Below are positions 13,879 to 26,973 of a DNA stretch of 64,000 bases, in pieces; positions within the stretch are counted from its first letter, which is position 1; each line of letters opens with the position of its first letter. The notes beneath the pieces are model-generated. The model did not search any database, had not been told where the DNA came from, and worked only from the letters and a program-made list of their open reading frames with translations. This stretch comes from Phaeosaccion multiseriatum (taxonomy: Eukaryota > Protista > Ochrophyta, other classes): positions 3,343,088 to 3,407,087 of the forward strand of contig OZ218960.1 in the NCBI GenBank assembly GCA_965112735.1, read 5' to 3'. The translations under genes were made by a program, and so were the position numbers.

Positions 13879-14163
13879 AAGTTGTGCTTACGCGACAAAA
13901 AGGATTTCAGGATCCCAGAAATCGATGGCAGCCAAAGGCCGCAGCGGCCTCTTCTCCCTCTCTGCCCTCTTCCCTCTCTTCTCTCTCTGTCTCTCCCTCA
14001 GGTACTTGTACTTTCCCCAGGCCGCGGCAACTGGACGCTCTGAAGCAACATCGAAGAAGAAGCAGCTTCGCTTGTCTCAACTGTGCAAGCAGCTAGATAG
14101 AGAATTCCTTACCGGCCCTCCCTCTTCCCCTGATCCCTGAGCTCTAATCCTCAACGCTCCAAG
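13831..14163. promoter_or_regulatory. Short divergent intergenic region between PGK and TMEM258, with a (GA)n tract
   Basis: About 330 bp between opposite-facing ATGs; bidirectional promoter function is inferred. Confidence 0.45.
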
Positions 14164-14565
14164 ATGCTCAAGGTAGGTTCCCTTATAACCGCTACACGAA
14201 GTGCCCTCTCGACCAGAGAAACCCCTCCCTCTCTTTTCCCCTGGCCATATCTCTGTCGCCCCGCCTCACCCCCCCCCCCCCCCCCTTTACAACCACCCCC
14301 TACCTCTCTTTCCCCCGCCCAGATGGCGTACAGCAGCCCCGTGGACCCCGCCTCGTACGGCTTCCTGGGAATAATGCTGTGCATCGCGGGCCTGGCCCTT
14401 ATGGCGGCCTTTTTCGTTGTGCAGATGGACAGCAGTAGCAGCGGCAGCGGCAGGGGCAAGGACAAGCTCAGCCCAGGCAAGGAGGTGCTGCTGGCGCTGC
14501 TCTCTTCTCTGTTCCTTGGCTTCGGCTGCTTCTTCGCTTCCATGTGGGCGGGGCTGTACTTTTAG
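14164..14565 (+). CDS. TMEM258: Oligosaccharyltransferase subunit TMEM258/Ost5 (UPF0197); exons 14164-14172 and 14323-14565
   Basis: ~83-aa two-TM protein with Y.SPV.P at the N-terminus and KE..LA..SS.FLGFG..F...WAGLY at the C-terminus, typical of the family; GTAGGT donor and CCCAG acceptor. Confidence 0.85.
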   Translation: MLKVGSLITATRSALSTRETPPSLFPWPYLCRPASPPPPPPLQPPPTSLSPAQMAYSSPVDPASYGFLGIMLCIAGLALMAAFFVVQMDSSSSGSGRGKDKLSPGKEVLLALLSSLFLGFGCFFASMWAGLYF

Positions 14566-15468
14566 GAAGGCGCGAGAGAAACTCCTTCACAGCGCTTGGT
14601 GGGGGGCAGGACACCCTACCCCACAGGTCTACCCCTCTCTCTCTCTCTCTCTCTGTGTGCGTGGAGCCCTGCGTGGGGGGGCTGGCTGTACTCGCCGACG
14701 GGAGGACCAGGGGCATGGGGCAGAGGCAGAGGCAGCGGCGACAGAGAGGGTACGGAGGATGGCCAGGGGAGGCCAAGGCGAGCCCAGCCCAGTTAGTTGC
14801 CTTCACGCCCACTGCTCAGCAGGAGCCCCCTTCACACCTGGGGGCCGCGGAGGCTGCTGAGAGGAGTGTGGTCATGGGTATGCTACTACCGCAGGCCTTA
14901 AGAGGCTTCTTCCCTGACGAGAACATGTTGAGATGTAACGACATGCAGCGTTCGTTGGCTCTCCCTCAAGCTGTTGTCATCAAGCAGCAACAAGCCTCTT
15001 AAGGCCTGTGCGTGTGTCACCCCCCTGTCCCACTGCCCTCTTGCTCAGGCTCAGCCGGGGTGGGGCTAGGGTCAGGGCCTTCTGTTTGGCGGCGGTGGGG
15101 TGGGGCCTTTCCTTTGCCGGGGCACGTGGGCGCTGAACTTCCTTCCCTGGTCCGCCGAAAGGTTGTAAGACCCGCACGCACACACTGCGGGCTAGAGAGA
15201 CGTCGCGTTCGTTGGGCTATCTCGTGCGTGAATGCACTGTGAATGCACCGTCACTTTCATCCATGGCGTGTGCCGTACCTGCACTAGTGTTCAAGGACGA
15301 CCTCGGCAATGGTCACATGGTGGGCACGTGTGTTCAATTGTTTTTTAAAATATAATGTGCCATCATACGTAGCGTTTTAACGGGAGGCGAGCTCGTCTCA
15401 GTCTCAGCTCCTGTCACAGATGGGACTGTCAGCTAAAAGATGGCAGCAGATGCCTCAAAGAACAGATG

Positions 15469-18400
15469 CTAGCAGATGGCGCAGCAGCACTGCTTGACCT
15501 GCAGAGCGCGGAGCTTGGCCTCCTCCTCTCTGTAGCGGATGCAGTCCACCACCTCTTCCGAGAAGGCGGCGTCGTTGACGAAGTCCCAGTCCTTGTAGGC
15601 CGAGTGGTCGTCTTCTGTTAGTGCCTTGGTGCCCCCCCCGCTGTGCGTGGCGAAGCTGCCGATGGCCCTCTGTGGGGCTGCGTTGATGTCCTCTGTGTCG
15701 GGCACGAAGGGGGGTTGCACAAGGTCTTGCCGCATGCTGAGGGAGGGAGGGAGGAGAGGGGCGTGGGAGAGCGAGAGATTGAGAGACGTGAGCAAGCACG
15801 CATTCAAGAAAACACCCACAAAAGGGATAGACAAGCGAACTGAAGCAGATGGAGAGGCCCGGCGGGGGAACACATCACCTATGGGCGAGGAGCCTGCGAG
15901 GAGCCAATCTATACGGGGCTAGCGAGAGGAGCCCGCTCGACTGAAGAATTCCCTCCCCCCCCCCGCCCCACAGCAAAAGAAAAGGAAGGGACCCCCTCAA
16001 CCCGCAGTCGTGCACGCACGCACGCACATACGCAGTCACCACACACTTGCCCACCCAAACTCACAGGTCCCAATCGATGTCTTTGAGGAAGGGGTGCCCC
16101 GTGATGTCTGCGAAGTTCCTGCCCAAGCGCTCAGCAGGGTCCTTCTTCAGAAAGCCCTGTTTGTGTTGTGTTGTGTTGTGTTGTGTTGTGTTGCAAGTTT
16201 CAGTTTTTCAGTCACCATGCATGCCGTTGGTCCATCGTTTGCAGTGCGATGGAAGGAAGGAAGGAAGGAAGGAAGGAAGGAAGGAAGCAGTCAAGTTTGC
16301 CGTGGGTACCAACCATACCTGTATGAGGTCTATGCAGTCTTTGTCGAAGGAGTCGGGATTGCAGTACACCTCCATCTCCTGCGTGGCTAAGTCAATGAAG
16401 AGGTCCTTGTCCTTCTTGGGGGGAGGCTCCCCGGCCTCCAGTGCCTTCTTCTTCGCCCTCTCCATGCCCCACTGCACGGCCCTCTCGGTCCGGAAGGGGC
16501 TGCTTCCCTTCCTGAGTTCGTACACCACGCAGCCCATGCTGAACCAGTCCACCATCTCGTCGTATGGCACTCTGCGGCCCTTCGATGTGCGCCTGTGGTG
16601 CGTTGGGGTGAGTGTGTTGCAAGTCAGAGAAGATGAGAGAGAGAGACGCAAGCTCGCTAGTAACAGCAAGCCCACCCAAGCTCGCACAGAAGAGCAGACC
16701 TTGCCATCTGTGAACAGGGAAGGCTGGCAGCACTCCACGAGCGGGTGAGTCAGCGGTCACAAACGCCGCAAAACACACCACTCAGAGCAGCTTATATCCA
16801 TTCCGTTGGCTCCTCTAGAGAGGGGGAATGACACCTTGGCTCATCTAGAGAGGGGGAATGAGCCTCACCTCCGCATCTCCGGTGCCCAGTAGCCGCGGGT
16901 GCCACACGACCCGACGAGCTTACTGGAGATGCGGCAGGCGAGACCCATGTCGCTGATGCGGCTCCTGCCCGTCTCGTCGAGCAGGATGTTCTCTGGCTTG
17001 AGATCTCTGTACACGATGCGCTGCTTGTGCAAGTGGTGAAGGGCCAGCACCGTCCGCGCGATGTAGTACTGCAGGGCGTAAGGGTAAATAAGGGTACGTA
17101 AGAGTACGTAAGGGTAGGGGCAAGGAGAAAGGGTCAGTAAGAGATTGGTTTCCGTGGCCCGGCCCACAGCAAGGTATTGAAGGGGGAAGTTATTGCTCTT
17201 TGTCTGCCCCTTGTCTGCTCTTCCGAACGGATTTCGGAAAAGAGAAGGACAAGGACTTTTCTTTGATCATGAACAAGAGAAGGAGAAGGACTCTTCTTTA
17301 CCTTGGTGGTGGGTACGTCGAAGTGGCCCCTGGCACTGAGGTGGAAGCCGAGATCGCCCCCCGTCATGAGGTCAAGCACCAGGAACAGGTTCTGCTTGGA
17401 GGCGAAGGCGTACTTCAGAGACACGAGGAAGGGCCCAGAACAGTGCGCGAGGATGCGACGTTCATTGATGCATAGGTCCACAGCCTGCTTTTGCTTGATG
17501 CGAGCCTTCAGCATCACCTGTGGAGTCAAAGGATAGGATAGCAGTGGACAGGGGTAAGGCTTCCTTCCTTCCTTCCTTCCTTCCTTCCTTCCTTCCTTCC
17601 TTCCTTCCTTCCTTCCTTCCTTCCTTCCTTCCTTCCTTCCTTCCTTCCTTCCTTCCTTCCTTCCTTCCTTCCTTCCTTCCTTCCTTCCTTCCTTCCTTCA
17701 GTGTTCTTCCGAGGACTTACTGCCACTGCGCCGACCGACACATACGCCCAAGACACAGGCGACAGATAGGCAGATACGCACACGAGAGAGAGGCACGTCC
17801 ACCCTCCGCCCTCCCTACCATACCTTCATGGCATAAAGCTTGCCGGTGGTGGCGTGCTTGCACCCGTTCACGGCCCCGAAGCCGCCCCTGCCAAGCACGC
17901 GGAAGAGTATGAAGTCGCTCTCCTTGACGGGTTGGTGGCGGATGTACACGAAGGCTCTATACTCCGCGAAGAAGGGTGACTCCCTGAAAACATCCCCCAG
18001 TAAGTCGCGCAACCACTCGAACACGAATACCTCCAGCACGTCGAAGAGCTTGCGGTTGCAGAGCGGGTCTCCCCCTCTGGGGCTGGTGTCGAGGTTGAAG
18101 CCGGACAACCCCCCGCCCCCTCCGTGGCATGCCCTGCTAGAGAGGCGCGTCACCTCCTCGGGGTCAATCTCCGTGGCGAATGACATGGCCTTGCTGGGCG
18201 GCTCGCGCACCACCTCCTGCTCTCCCCCCCCCGCCACCCCCTGTCCCACCTGCCCCGCCCCCTCCTCCTCTTCCTGCTGCAGCAGCTGCTGCTGCTTCTC
18301 CTGCGGTTCCGCCTCCCTCCCACCGCCGCTACCGCTGCTGACGGCTTTTGCAGAGGGATTCGGAGCCCCTCCTCTGCCGCTCCCCTGCCGCCCCTCCTGC

Positions 18401-20334
18401 CCACCTGGAGGCTCTCCAGGCTCTGCTGGGTCAGCGCCCTCCGCACAGAGTCCTTCCTGTCCTTGGGCTGCTTCTCGTGCTGTCCCAACCTCTGGGGCAA
18501 CTCTGCTCCCCTGTCTTGCGGCTCGTGTCTTTGCCCTGCTCGACTCGAGTGCCTCCTCTTGGAGGCTCCTTGTTGGCGCTGGTGGTTCCTCGGCCGCCAT
18601 GTCTATTGGCTCCACATGTAGCGCATCTACTCTTGTTGCTGTATCATCAACTGCTGCCTCATCTGCTGGAATAGCCCCGCCAGCGGCCTTCGGCCCACTC
18701 TCGTGCTGCCCCTGCCCTTGTCCCTGCCCCAGTCCATCCCCGTCCTTCTCCTTCTCCCCATCTTCCCTTTCCACGTCGTCCGCCTCGGAAGGCACCAGCG
18801 AGAGCACCTCCGTGTCGTGCTCTTTGCTATCCCTGCCCCCCCCTCCGAGGCTGCCCATCTTCTTCTCGTCCAAGTGGCACTCGCTCTCCAGACTCGCGTC
18901 GCCGGCCCCGCTCGCCTTGACGCTGTCCATGATGTAGGTCACGAGCGGCCCCCTCACACCCAGTGCATTGGCGGCATCGTCCACAACCAAGCCGGCCGCC
19001 TCGAGCTGTCTTAGGAGCAGCGCCTGACTGTCCTCCGAGTAGGGCTTGCGGCGCATGTCGGGCTCCTTGATGAAGAGGTCCTCGTTGTCCTCCTCCACCC
19101 CCCCCTCCTTGCGTAGACTGCCCGCATCGGCCGCTGATGCCAAGGGAACCACAGAACTCGATCTCGAGGGCCGGTGGATCTGCGAGGGCGGTTGCGGCTG
19201 CGGCGAGGATTGCGCATGCTTCTGCTGCTGCTCTAACCCCACCACCCCCCCCGCTACTCCTCCCGCGCCGGCTGCTGCCACCCCCCCCACGCTGTCGTCC
19301 GGGCCGTGGACTGCCTTCCTGCCTCCCCCGGGGTGCAGGTACAACCCTATAAGCTCCAAAGTGCGCTCCCTCCGCTTGGCGACATCATTCATGCGTTTGA
19401 AACGGACAATGTCGCGCACAAATTTGAACTTGATGCGATGCCCGGGGTCTTCGGCGGCACAGAACCGCCCAAACTGAGAGAGAGAGAGAGAGAGAGAGAG
19501 GGGGAGGGGGGGTCGACGTCGAGGGGGGGGGGAGAGGGCAGAGGGCAGAGGGGAAGCAGGGGTGGGATTCAGACATAGAGAGTGAAAGGGAGATGTATAG
19601 AGCGAAGGACGGAGAGAGAAGGAAGGACATTGCCTCAGTTCCTCTGACTCTCCTGCGAGAGGCAGTCAAAAGGCCGGAGCAAGGGCAGGCACTCAGCACG
19701 CACCTCATAGAAGCCGAGCAAGCTACCGCAGATGTTACGTATATCATATGAGTCAGGATCTTCCTCCTGGATTGAATTCCAGAAGTCGTCCAGCTTATCG
19801 GCCTTGGGAAAGACCCAGGGCTCCGTGGGGGTGGGACCGGCTTTGGAGTTGACCGCAGTGAGATACTGCATAGAATAGGAATAGGCGGTTGATGCCAGAG
19901 GGGGGGCATTGGATCGAGGGAACGGGTTAGGGTTAGAGACACAGTTAGACAGGGCGGGGGGCGTCGAGAGGGAGAGAGGACGGAGAGGCAGAAGGACGCG
20001 AAGATACAATTGGGCATGCGTGGCACAGTCAGCAAGAGACATGTTCAGCGCGACAATCAGAAAGAGGGAAAGTCATTACACACCAAGGGCTAGGCTGACC
20101 GAAAAACACGGCACTGGGAGGCAGACCAGAGCACCCGAATCAATATCGAAGGAGGGGCCAAGCGAAGGAAGAGGCAGGCGCAGAGGCACAGTTTTGGAGA
20201 GCGGCTCGAGACTGGGCTTTTTGACACCGGACGCCTCTCTTCTCTCCTCCCTCCTCCTCCACACTAGAAAACCCAAGGTGAGCACCCCCCTTACTCACTT
20301 GGATATCCTCAATTGCGTCCTGAAGCTCCTCCAT
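15469..20334 (-). CDS. GRK: G-protein-coupled receptor kinase (GRK): N-terminal helix, RH domain, AGC kinase, C-terminal CCCAIC; about 8 exons
   Basis: N-terminus [17 protein letters not shown] resembles GRK2 MADLEAVLADVSYLMAM. Kinase motifs [78 protein letters not shown] and the AGC tail PPFVP. Confidence 0.9.
17560..17699 (+). repeat. (CCTT)n intronic microsatellite
   Basis: About 35 perfect units. Confidence 0.95.
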
Positions 20335-21297
20335 CCTGAACTGGCGTCCGGGGCACCACTCTTGAGGGGCTGACCCAGGCCCACCAGCCTATGTATCCCT
20401 CGTCTCTCTTGCGTCACCGGAGCTCATCAAGTCACACAGGAGCTTCTGCCATCCTCACACGCGTCTCAGCGACACTCCATAACATACAGTCTTGCCCCTC
20501 CAACACAGTCTCACGGGGAGGCAACAATATCAACGGTTTCGACTTTGCTTGCATGGGGCTGGGCTCTCCAAGGGGCCCAAATCTTGCGATTTGAGACCGA
20601 CAGCCATCAAGACAAAAAGACGGCTGCCTGCGCCCCACTTCTTCGACTGCTTACCGCCCGTGCTCGAAAACCTTCTCTACCTAGGACTAGCTCGTCTTTC
20701 TCTTCAGCAGAAGTGCCTGTGCAGCCCCACGAGCCGCAATTGAAGTTTCATTTCCCACTGAAAGGAGAGGAGAGGGCTTGAACAGAGAGCTGGGGAGAAG
20801 AGCAAGGGCGCTGGAGCAGCAAGGCGGATATTAGCAGCACTAGCGGAGGTGAGTGCGCCACCGGGAGTTTGCTGGTGCTTTGTTGCTCGGCCACGGATGG
20901 CGGACCCTTTTCTGCGCATTCTCCTCCCATGCTGGAGCCCATCCTCGACTCTCTCTGTGTCTGTGCCTCTCTGCGGGGGATGCATCGAGGGACACAGCTC
21001 CCGCGACTCGGAAGGCGTTATGCTATTGTACAAAGAATCGCCTCTCCTCTTAGCACACCACTAAGGCCTTGTTGATATGCTTTGCGGTATTCGCCAAGGA
21101 GACTCACACAGAGACAGACAGACAGTGTATGTATGCAGTGACGTGCGGAGCATCTCTACCGCTGCTCTCTCACGGTACCCCGCCTTATAATCTGGCATTT
21201 CCCCCTCTGACAAGCCATTTTTCTGCCCCTCCCCCCAGGCCCTTTTGCAGCACCACAGCAGGTGGCCCACCTGAGCAAGTGAGTCCGTGTGCGGCAC

Positions 21298-22770
21298 ATG
21301 AGTGGCATGGCGGAGGCAGTGACGGAAACGCGGCGCCAGCCCTCGTGGGGAGACTCGGATAGCGATTCCGACGATGGAGAGCCCGTGGACATGTTCGCTG
21401 GGGCTGCGGTCGGGGTGAGTGACGAGAGGAGCAACACAGCGCAACCCGACGTTGGCAACACACAACACTGGGGGCTCTCGTTAGCACACCATTTTTGCCT
21501 CGCGACGTCTTCATTTCTTTGCCGTGGGCCTCAACCCCCCCCCTTGCTGATTGAGCGCTTCCTCCTTGTCCCCTGGCCCCATTGCAGCTGAATGACGGTA
21601 CAGTAGGGGTGCCCTCGGGGGGCGTGCCGGACGATAGCGATAGCGACGAGGACGGGAAAGGCGTCAGCGCGCCGTGGAGCGACAGCAGCGACGACGAGGA
21701 GTCGGAGGAGGAGGAGGCGGAGGAGGAGGACGACGACGAAGGGCAGCAGCAGCACCTCAATGGCAGCGGCGGGGCCAAGGGGGGTCCCGAGGCCGGCAAG
21801 TTAAAAGAGGAGCAACCTTTTGTAGAGGAAGTGGACGTGATGCAGCTGTCCAAGAAGGAGAGAAAGGCGCTGAAGGAGAAGGAGCTCGACGACTTGGACG
21901 CGCTGCTCACGGAGTTCGAAATTGAGGGTAAGTCAGGAGGAAGTGCGTGCGTGCTTGCGTGCGTGGTGAGTGGGGCACCTCCGGTGGACGGACGCCCCCC
22001 TTCCCGGCCACGCCTACCTCGCGTACGTCCGCTGTTTCCCCTTACCCTCGTTTGTTCGCTCATCTATCTATCTATGTATCTATCTGCTTGTGGGCGACAC
22101 GTCTCCCTTGCTGCGTTCTTTCTGTCGCCGGCAGTAATTACCGCCTCTGTTCATGCTCTGACGCTCACGAATGCCCCCACACATCTTGCGCACGCCTCCT
22201 GTCCTCTTGCCCTCCTGCCCTCCTGCCCTCCTGTCCTCCTGCCGTCCTGCCGTCCTGCCCTCCTGCCCTCCTGCCCTCCTGCCCTCCTGCCCTCCTGTCC
22301 TCCTGTCCTCCTGCCCTCCTGCCCTCCTGCCGTCCTGCCCTCCTGCCCTCCTGCCCTCGGCCAAACGCTCCATTCACCTCTCTGGACCACTGTCGAATCG
22401 AATCGCCACAGCGGGGGGGGGGGTAGAAGAGACAAAGGATGAGGCAAAGCAGGCACCGGCACCGGTAGAGGAGACGGCTCAAGAAGGAAAGGAAGGAGGT
22501 GGGGGAAAGAAGAAGAAGAAGAAGCCGGCCAGAAAGCCCAAGCCAGCCGCAGCAGCAGACGGGGCAGCAGCTGGTGGTACAGCAGCAGCAGCGAATCTGA
22601 CCCCCGTGGAGGACCCCGCGGCTTTGCTGAAGAAGAAGCTCAAAAAGAAGCCCTCTACCTCTGCCTCCGGCTCGGGCAGCAGCGCCAAGGACAAGGAGGT
22701 GTCCAAGAAGGACAAGAAGGACAAGAAGAAGAAGGACAAGGCCAAGTACAACCAGGCCCCAACCAGGTAG
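21298..22770 (+). CDS. Acidic/Lys-rich protein of unknown function, 3 exons; resembles a conserved plant/algal family ending in KK...YNQ.P.R
   Basis: Segments SWGDSDSD, QLSKKERKALKEKELDDLDALLTEF and C-terminal KKDKAKYNQAPTR*, joined by GT-AG introns. The family resemblance is from memory, not from a search. Confidence 0.65.
22197..22357 (+). repeat. (CCTCCTGC)-type intronic minisatellite
   Basis: Degenerate tandem 8/11-mers. Confidence 0.85.
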
Positions 22771-23435
22771 ATGGAAAAGTATATCGACAGCGGTAGGTAG
22801 GTAGGTGGATCGACCAGCAGCACATCTTTTACTAGCGCGAGGTGGTGGTGGTGGTGGTGGTGGTGGTGGTGGTGGTGGTGGAGGAGGAGGAGGCCCTCTA
22901 CCTTGTGTTCGCTTCTTGGGACCCGCTGGGGGGGGGGACTTGCGAAAAACGCACTTTATTTATGAGGCTGCACAAGGCGAGCGGGAGAGGGATGGAGTGT
23001 GGGCACATCGCCCGGGGGGGGGGCAGCGAATGGAAGGAGAGAAGGAGAGGGGAGGGGGGAAGGAGGGGCGGCGTGGTCTTTCACAGGCGGGTGATCCGGT
23101 CAGTAGGTCAGCGTCAGTTAGGGAATGAAAGTCTGAGCCATACAGGAGAGAGAAAATGGAGGACCAACGCGTGACCGCCACAAAAGTAAAAGTAAAAAGT
23201 AAAATTGAAACCGTAGAAAGAAGGGACGTGAGGTTCTAGCGTTTCTTTGGGCCATGATGAGTGAGATGGAGCACAGATGCATCACAGAGGACGAGGATGC
23301 TCCTAAAGGTCTCCCCTCCATACGCTCCTCCAGCTGCACGCCCCACGCCCTTTGCAGACTGAAGAAGGCGAAAGGGAGAGCGAGCATTTAACAACGGAGG
23401 CCAAGCCAGGCTGTGCCGTTGCTGACAGCAGCGAT

Positions 23436-26400
23436 ATGGTTGAGCAGCTTGTCCGGCCAGTTCTAACGGCCTTCTATGGGCTGTACATGCTCGCTTTCAC
23501 TGGTATTTCGGCGCTTTGCTTTCGTCACTTCGCCAGCATGTCGACGACCCTACGCTTCCGCGGCCGGACCCCCGCCTTAACCCTCGCTGCTTGCGCCTAT
23601 GCCGTTGTCGTGGGGGGGTTTCTACTGCCACTCCAGCAGATTTTCGTGTCGCAGGGGAAGGGGTGGCCCTGCTGGATAACCATGTGCGAGTCATGTAAGT
23701 GCGTCCCTCAACCAGCCCTTCTTTCCCTTGGCTGCTTGGCCCCTTTCCCTCGAGCCTCACCGCCATTTCTTCACCCCATTGCTTGAGCCTGTTATGGCTC
23801 TGCCACCAATAGTTCTGCTGAGGAAGGGGCCGAAGTGAAATCCGCAGTGGGCGGAGAAGGGTACTGCTCTACTGGCTCAAGCAGTTTTTACCTGTAGAAT
23901 CTGCCCTGCGGCCGCCGCCCAACCACTCTAGGCTCAGACTTTTAACCTGTAGCCTGTGCCCCTTCCGTGGTTCTACCGCTACTACTGCTGCTGATCGTTG
24001 TTCAGGGTTCTTCTTCTTCGTGTGGATGGGTGCCTACATCATTCGAGCCGTGCGAGTCATCATCGCAGGGGGAGACAGAGGTGAGGCTCTTCGCGCTCGG
24101 CCCACTGCCAGCAAGGGGCCATTGCATACAGCGAGCAGCCCTACTAGGCAGGGGCGCGCGAAATGGGAGGAGTGGTGGAACGAGGGAAGGAGGGAAGGAG
24201 CGAGGGAGTGGGTGGGCGAGCGGGTGGCAGCGGATGGCGGCACAACAGCAGAGGCGGCCCTGTGCCGAGCCTGCTGCTCCACGCGCAAACTCATTCGGCA
24301 CTCTGTAGCTGTGGGGCCGAGTTTGTGAGGGGACCAGGTAGTCAGCCACTTCCCCCGCCCTCCCTCTCGCACCCACTTCCCTTCCCCCCCCCCCTCTGTC
24401 CCTCTGCTACGGCCTCCCCTCCAACCCTTACCCTCTGCCACTGCACAGCTCGACGTGAAAAGTACCGTCGCGTTCTGAGCAGCCACTTTACGGGCTGCGC
24501 GTACGGTGTCCTCATTCTCGCTGCAGTCATCGTCTGCGCCTTCGCCGCAACGCGCCTGCCTCGATACCGCGTAAGTTGTTGTCGTCTCTCTGTCTCCCTC
24601 TTCCTCCCTCTTTCTCTGCCTCTCTCTATCACCCCTCCTCTCCTCTCCCATACTCTCCCATTCTCCTTCTTCTCCCTCTTTCTATGTACATCCCTTCTGC
24701 CTTTCTTCTTTCTCTCCCCCCCGCTGAACGACACTTTCCCCGTGCGGTATTGTCACTCTCTCGCAGAGGTCCTCTGGACACGGAGACACATGCGGCTTCT
24801 TCTTCAACGACTGGGCCGCGTCCGCACACGCCTTGTACCTGCTCGCCTGCTTGCTGAGCGTGCTGTGGGACTTGGCGGACGAGATTAACGACCTCCTGGG
24901 CATCGGACACGAGATTAAGGCGAGTGCTTCCTCATTAACTTCATGGCTCTTCTTACAGCTGGCGCCGGCCAGACGCGGGGTAGTGCAGCAAGAGCCGCAC
25001 CTGATGCCTGCTCCTGCTCCCTGACGTGTGACCCTGGACACCTGGCACCTGACCCTTCCCATCTTCCCTCCTGCCCCCTCTTCCCTCAGGCGGTATTCAA
25101 CCTAATCTGCTACGCCGGCGTGCTGCAACTGCTTCTCGTGTTCATGCACCATACGGGGGTCACCGCCGTGCACACCTCCGTCAATCTCTGCATATCGCTC
25201 GCGCTGCTGGCCTCTGTGGTAGAGTCGTTGGTTCTCTGTATGAGCGTTGACGCCGACGGTCGGGCCTCTCGCATGTCCGCTGCCCGCCTCCGCCAAATGC
25301 TGCTGGAGGAGCTCATCCCCAACAAATGGAGGGTGGTTCCCAGCCATGGAGAGGAGAGCTGCGGTAGAGGAGGGGCGGACAGCGCTCTCGAAGGGTTCCG
25401 GCGGCGCTTCGGGGCACTCGACGCAGTGCTCGACAACGCCGTGATGAGCGAGCAGTTCGCCAAGCTCGTGCACCGCTTCTTGTGCCAAGAGAGCCTCGAT
25501 TTCCTCCTCGCGTGCCGCTCCTTCCAAGCGCAGGCCCAACTCACTATAGGTACAGGCGCCCGCGACGAGCAGGGCGACAAGGTGGGCGGAGGCGCAGGCG
25601 ACGAGGGCCGCGGCATTGCTACAGACACAGAGACAGAGACCATGGAGCAAGGTGGGGGCGGTGGCGACCTGACCGCGCTCGCTCTTCACGAGCAGGCGAA
25701 AGCGCTGTTGAAGGAGTACATACTCCCCGGCAGCGAATGCCAAGTGAACCTCCCGGCGGGTGTGGTGGAATGCATCAAGCGACAGACTGCCGAGGCCGTG
25801 TTCTGTGAGTTGCTCTCGCCGCACGAGCGGAGTCACGTGTTCGACAACGCCTTCGCCGAGATCCATCGCATGCTCAGCCAGAACTTGCTCCATCAAGTAA
25901 GTGGGCTCAGCTCGGGCTCAGGCTTTGGGAAGCAGGGATAGGGCTAGACTTTGGGCAGGTTGAGAGCTTGTACCGCATGGAAGAGGGTGGGGGATAGGCC
26001 CGACATTTTTGCACCCTCGTCGCCTCACTCTGGTGTGCGCCGCTAGCTTAGCTGCCTGTGTCCTCTCTCTGGCTCCCTCTGCCTTCTCTCTATCTCTCTC
26101 CTCCTCCTTCGCTCCGTCCCTCCCCCCCCCCCCCCCGCTCACCTCTCAAACTCTCTCTCCCCCTGTGTCTATCTGTCTGTCTGTCTCTCCCTCTCCATAT
26201 ATCTCCAGTTCCTCCAGTCCTCCGACTTCGAACTCGCCTGCAAAGTGCTTGAAGGGGGGGGGGCTCCTTCTCGCAAGAGGAGCCGGACCTCCAGGAGAAG
26301 CAGGATCTCAAAGGTACCAAGCGGCAAGACCTTGAGGGACGTGGGAGGGGCGGAAGCGGTGGAAAGGGCGGGAATCACCAAAGGGAGGGGCCTGTTGGGG

Positions 26401-26973
26401 AATGTTCGGCAGCTGCAAGGGCGCCTCACACCTCGCCAGCGCTCCTTCAAGTTTTCGTCCTTCGTGAGGAGCCCCGATCGGGACTCCATCCACTGCTCTC
26501 CAGCGGGGGGGCTCCAGCAGGGCGGGATGACCACCGTGGATGGAGGGGATGGAGGGGATGGAGGGCGGGGGGCTGCAGAAGAGCCGCAGGAGGACACAAC
26601 GAAGGCGAGAGAAGCAACGGCACAGCCATTCGCTGAACATGAAGCATCAGAAGAGGCCATGCCGAGGAAGCTGACAGGCACCATTGTGCTCGTAGCTGCC
26701 GCCACGAGCAGGGAGGGAGGGGAGGGAGGGGAGGGCAAAGAGGGAAGGGTGGACGTCATTGGAGGGGCAACGGAGTGGCCGGCCACGCTTGCCGTCTCCC
26801 CTCCGCCAGGGGAGAACCCCCCAGGGGAGAACCCCCCAGGGGAAAACCCCCCAGGGGAAAGGTCTCCCGTGGACTCTCCGAGGGCGTTGTTTCCCGCTCC
26901 CATCGCTGTCAGGCCTCCCGGATCCCCAGTGCTCGCTCCGCTCCGCTCCGTGAGGAGAGGCGAGCCGCCCTAG
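23436..26973 (+). CDS. 7TM-RGS protein (AtRGS1-like architecture): multi-TM N-terminus, RGS domain, Ser/Arg-rich tail
   Basis: About seven hydrophobic segments with R.P.L, PCW, DLLGIGHE motifs, then RGS motifs LDAVL...F.K......CQESLDFLLAC..F, EYILPGSECQVNLP, VFDNAFAEIHRMLSQN, FLQSSDF; stop at 26973. Confidence 0.85.

Noticed and set aside
16806-16861. Duplicated 26-bp TTGGCTC.TCTAGAGAGGGGGAATGA in a GRK intron
   Set aside because: Simple local tandem duplication with no element hallmarks.
20340-21290. Short ORFs between GRK and the Lys-rich gene, and at 14570-15450 and 31600-32400
   Set aside because: No recognisable motifs; best read as UTR or divergent promoter sequence.
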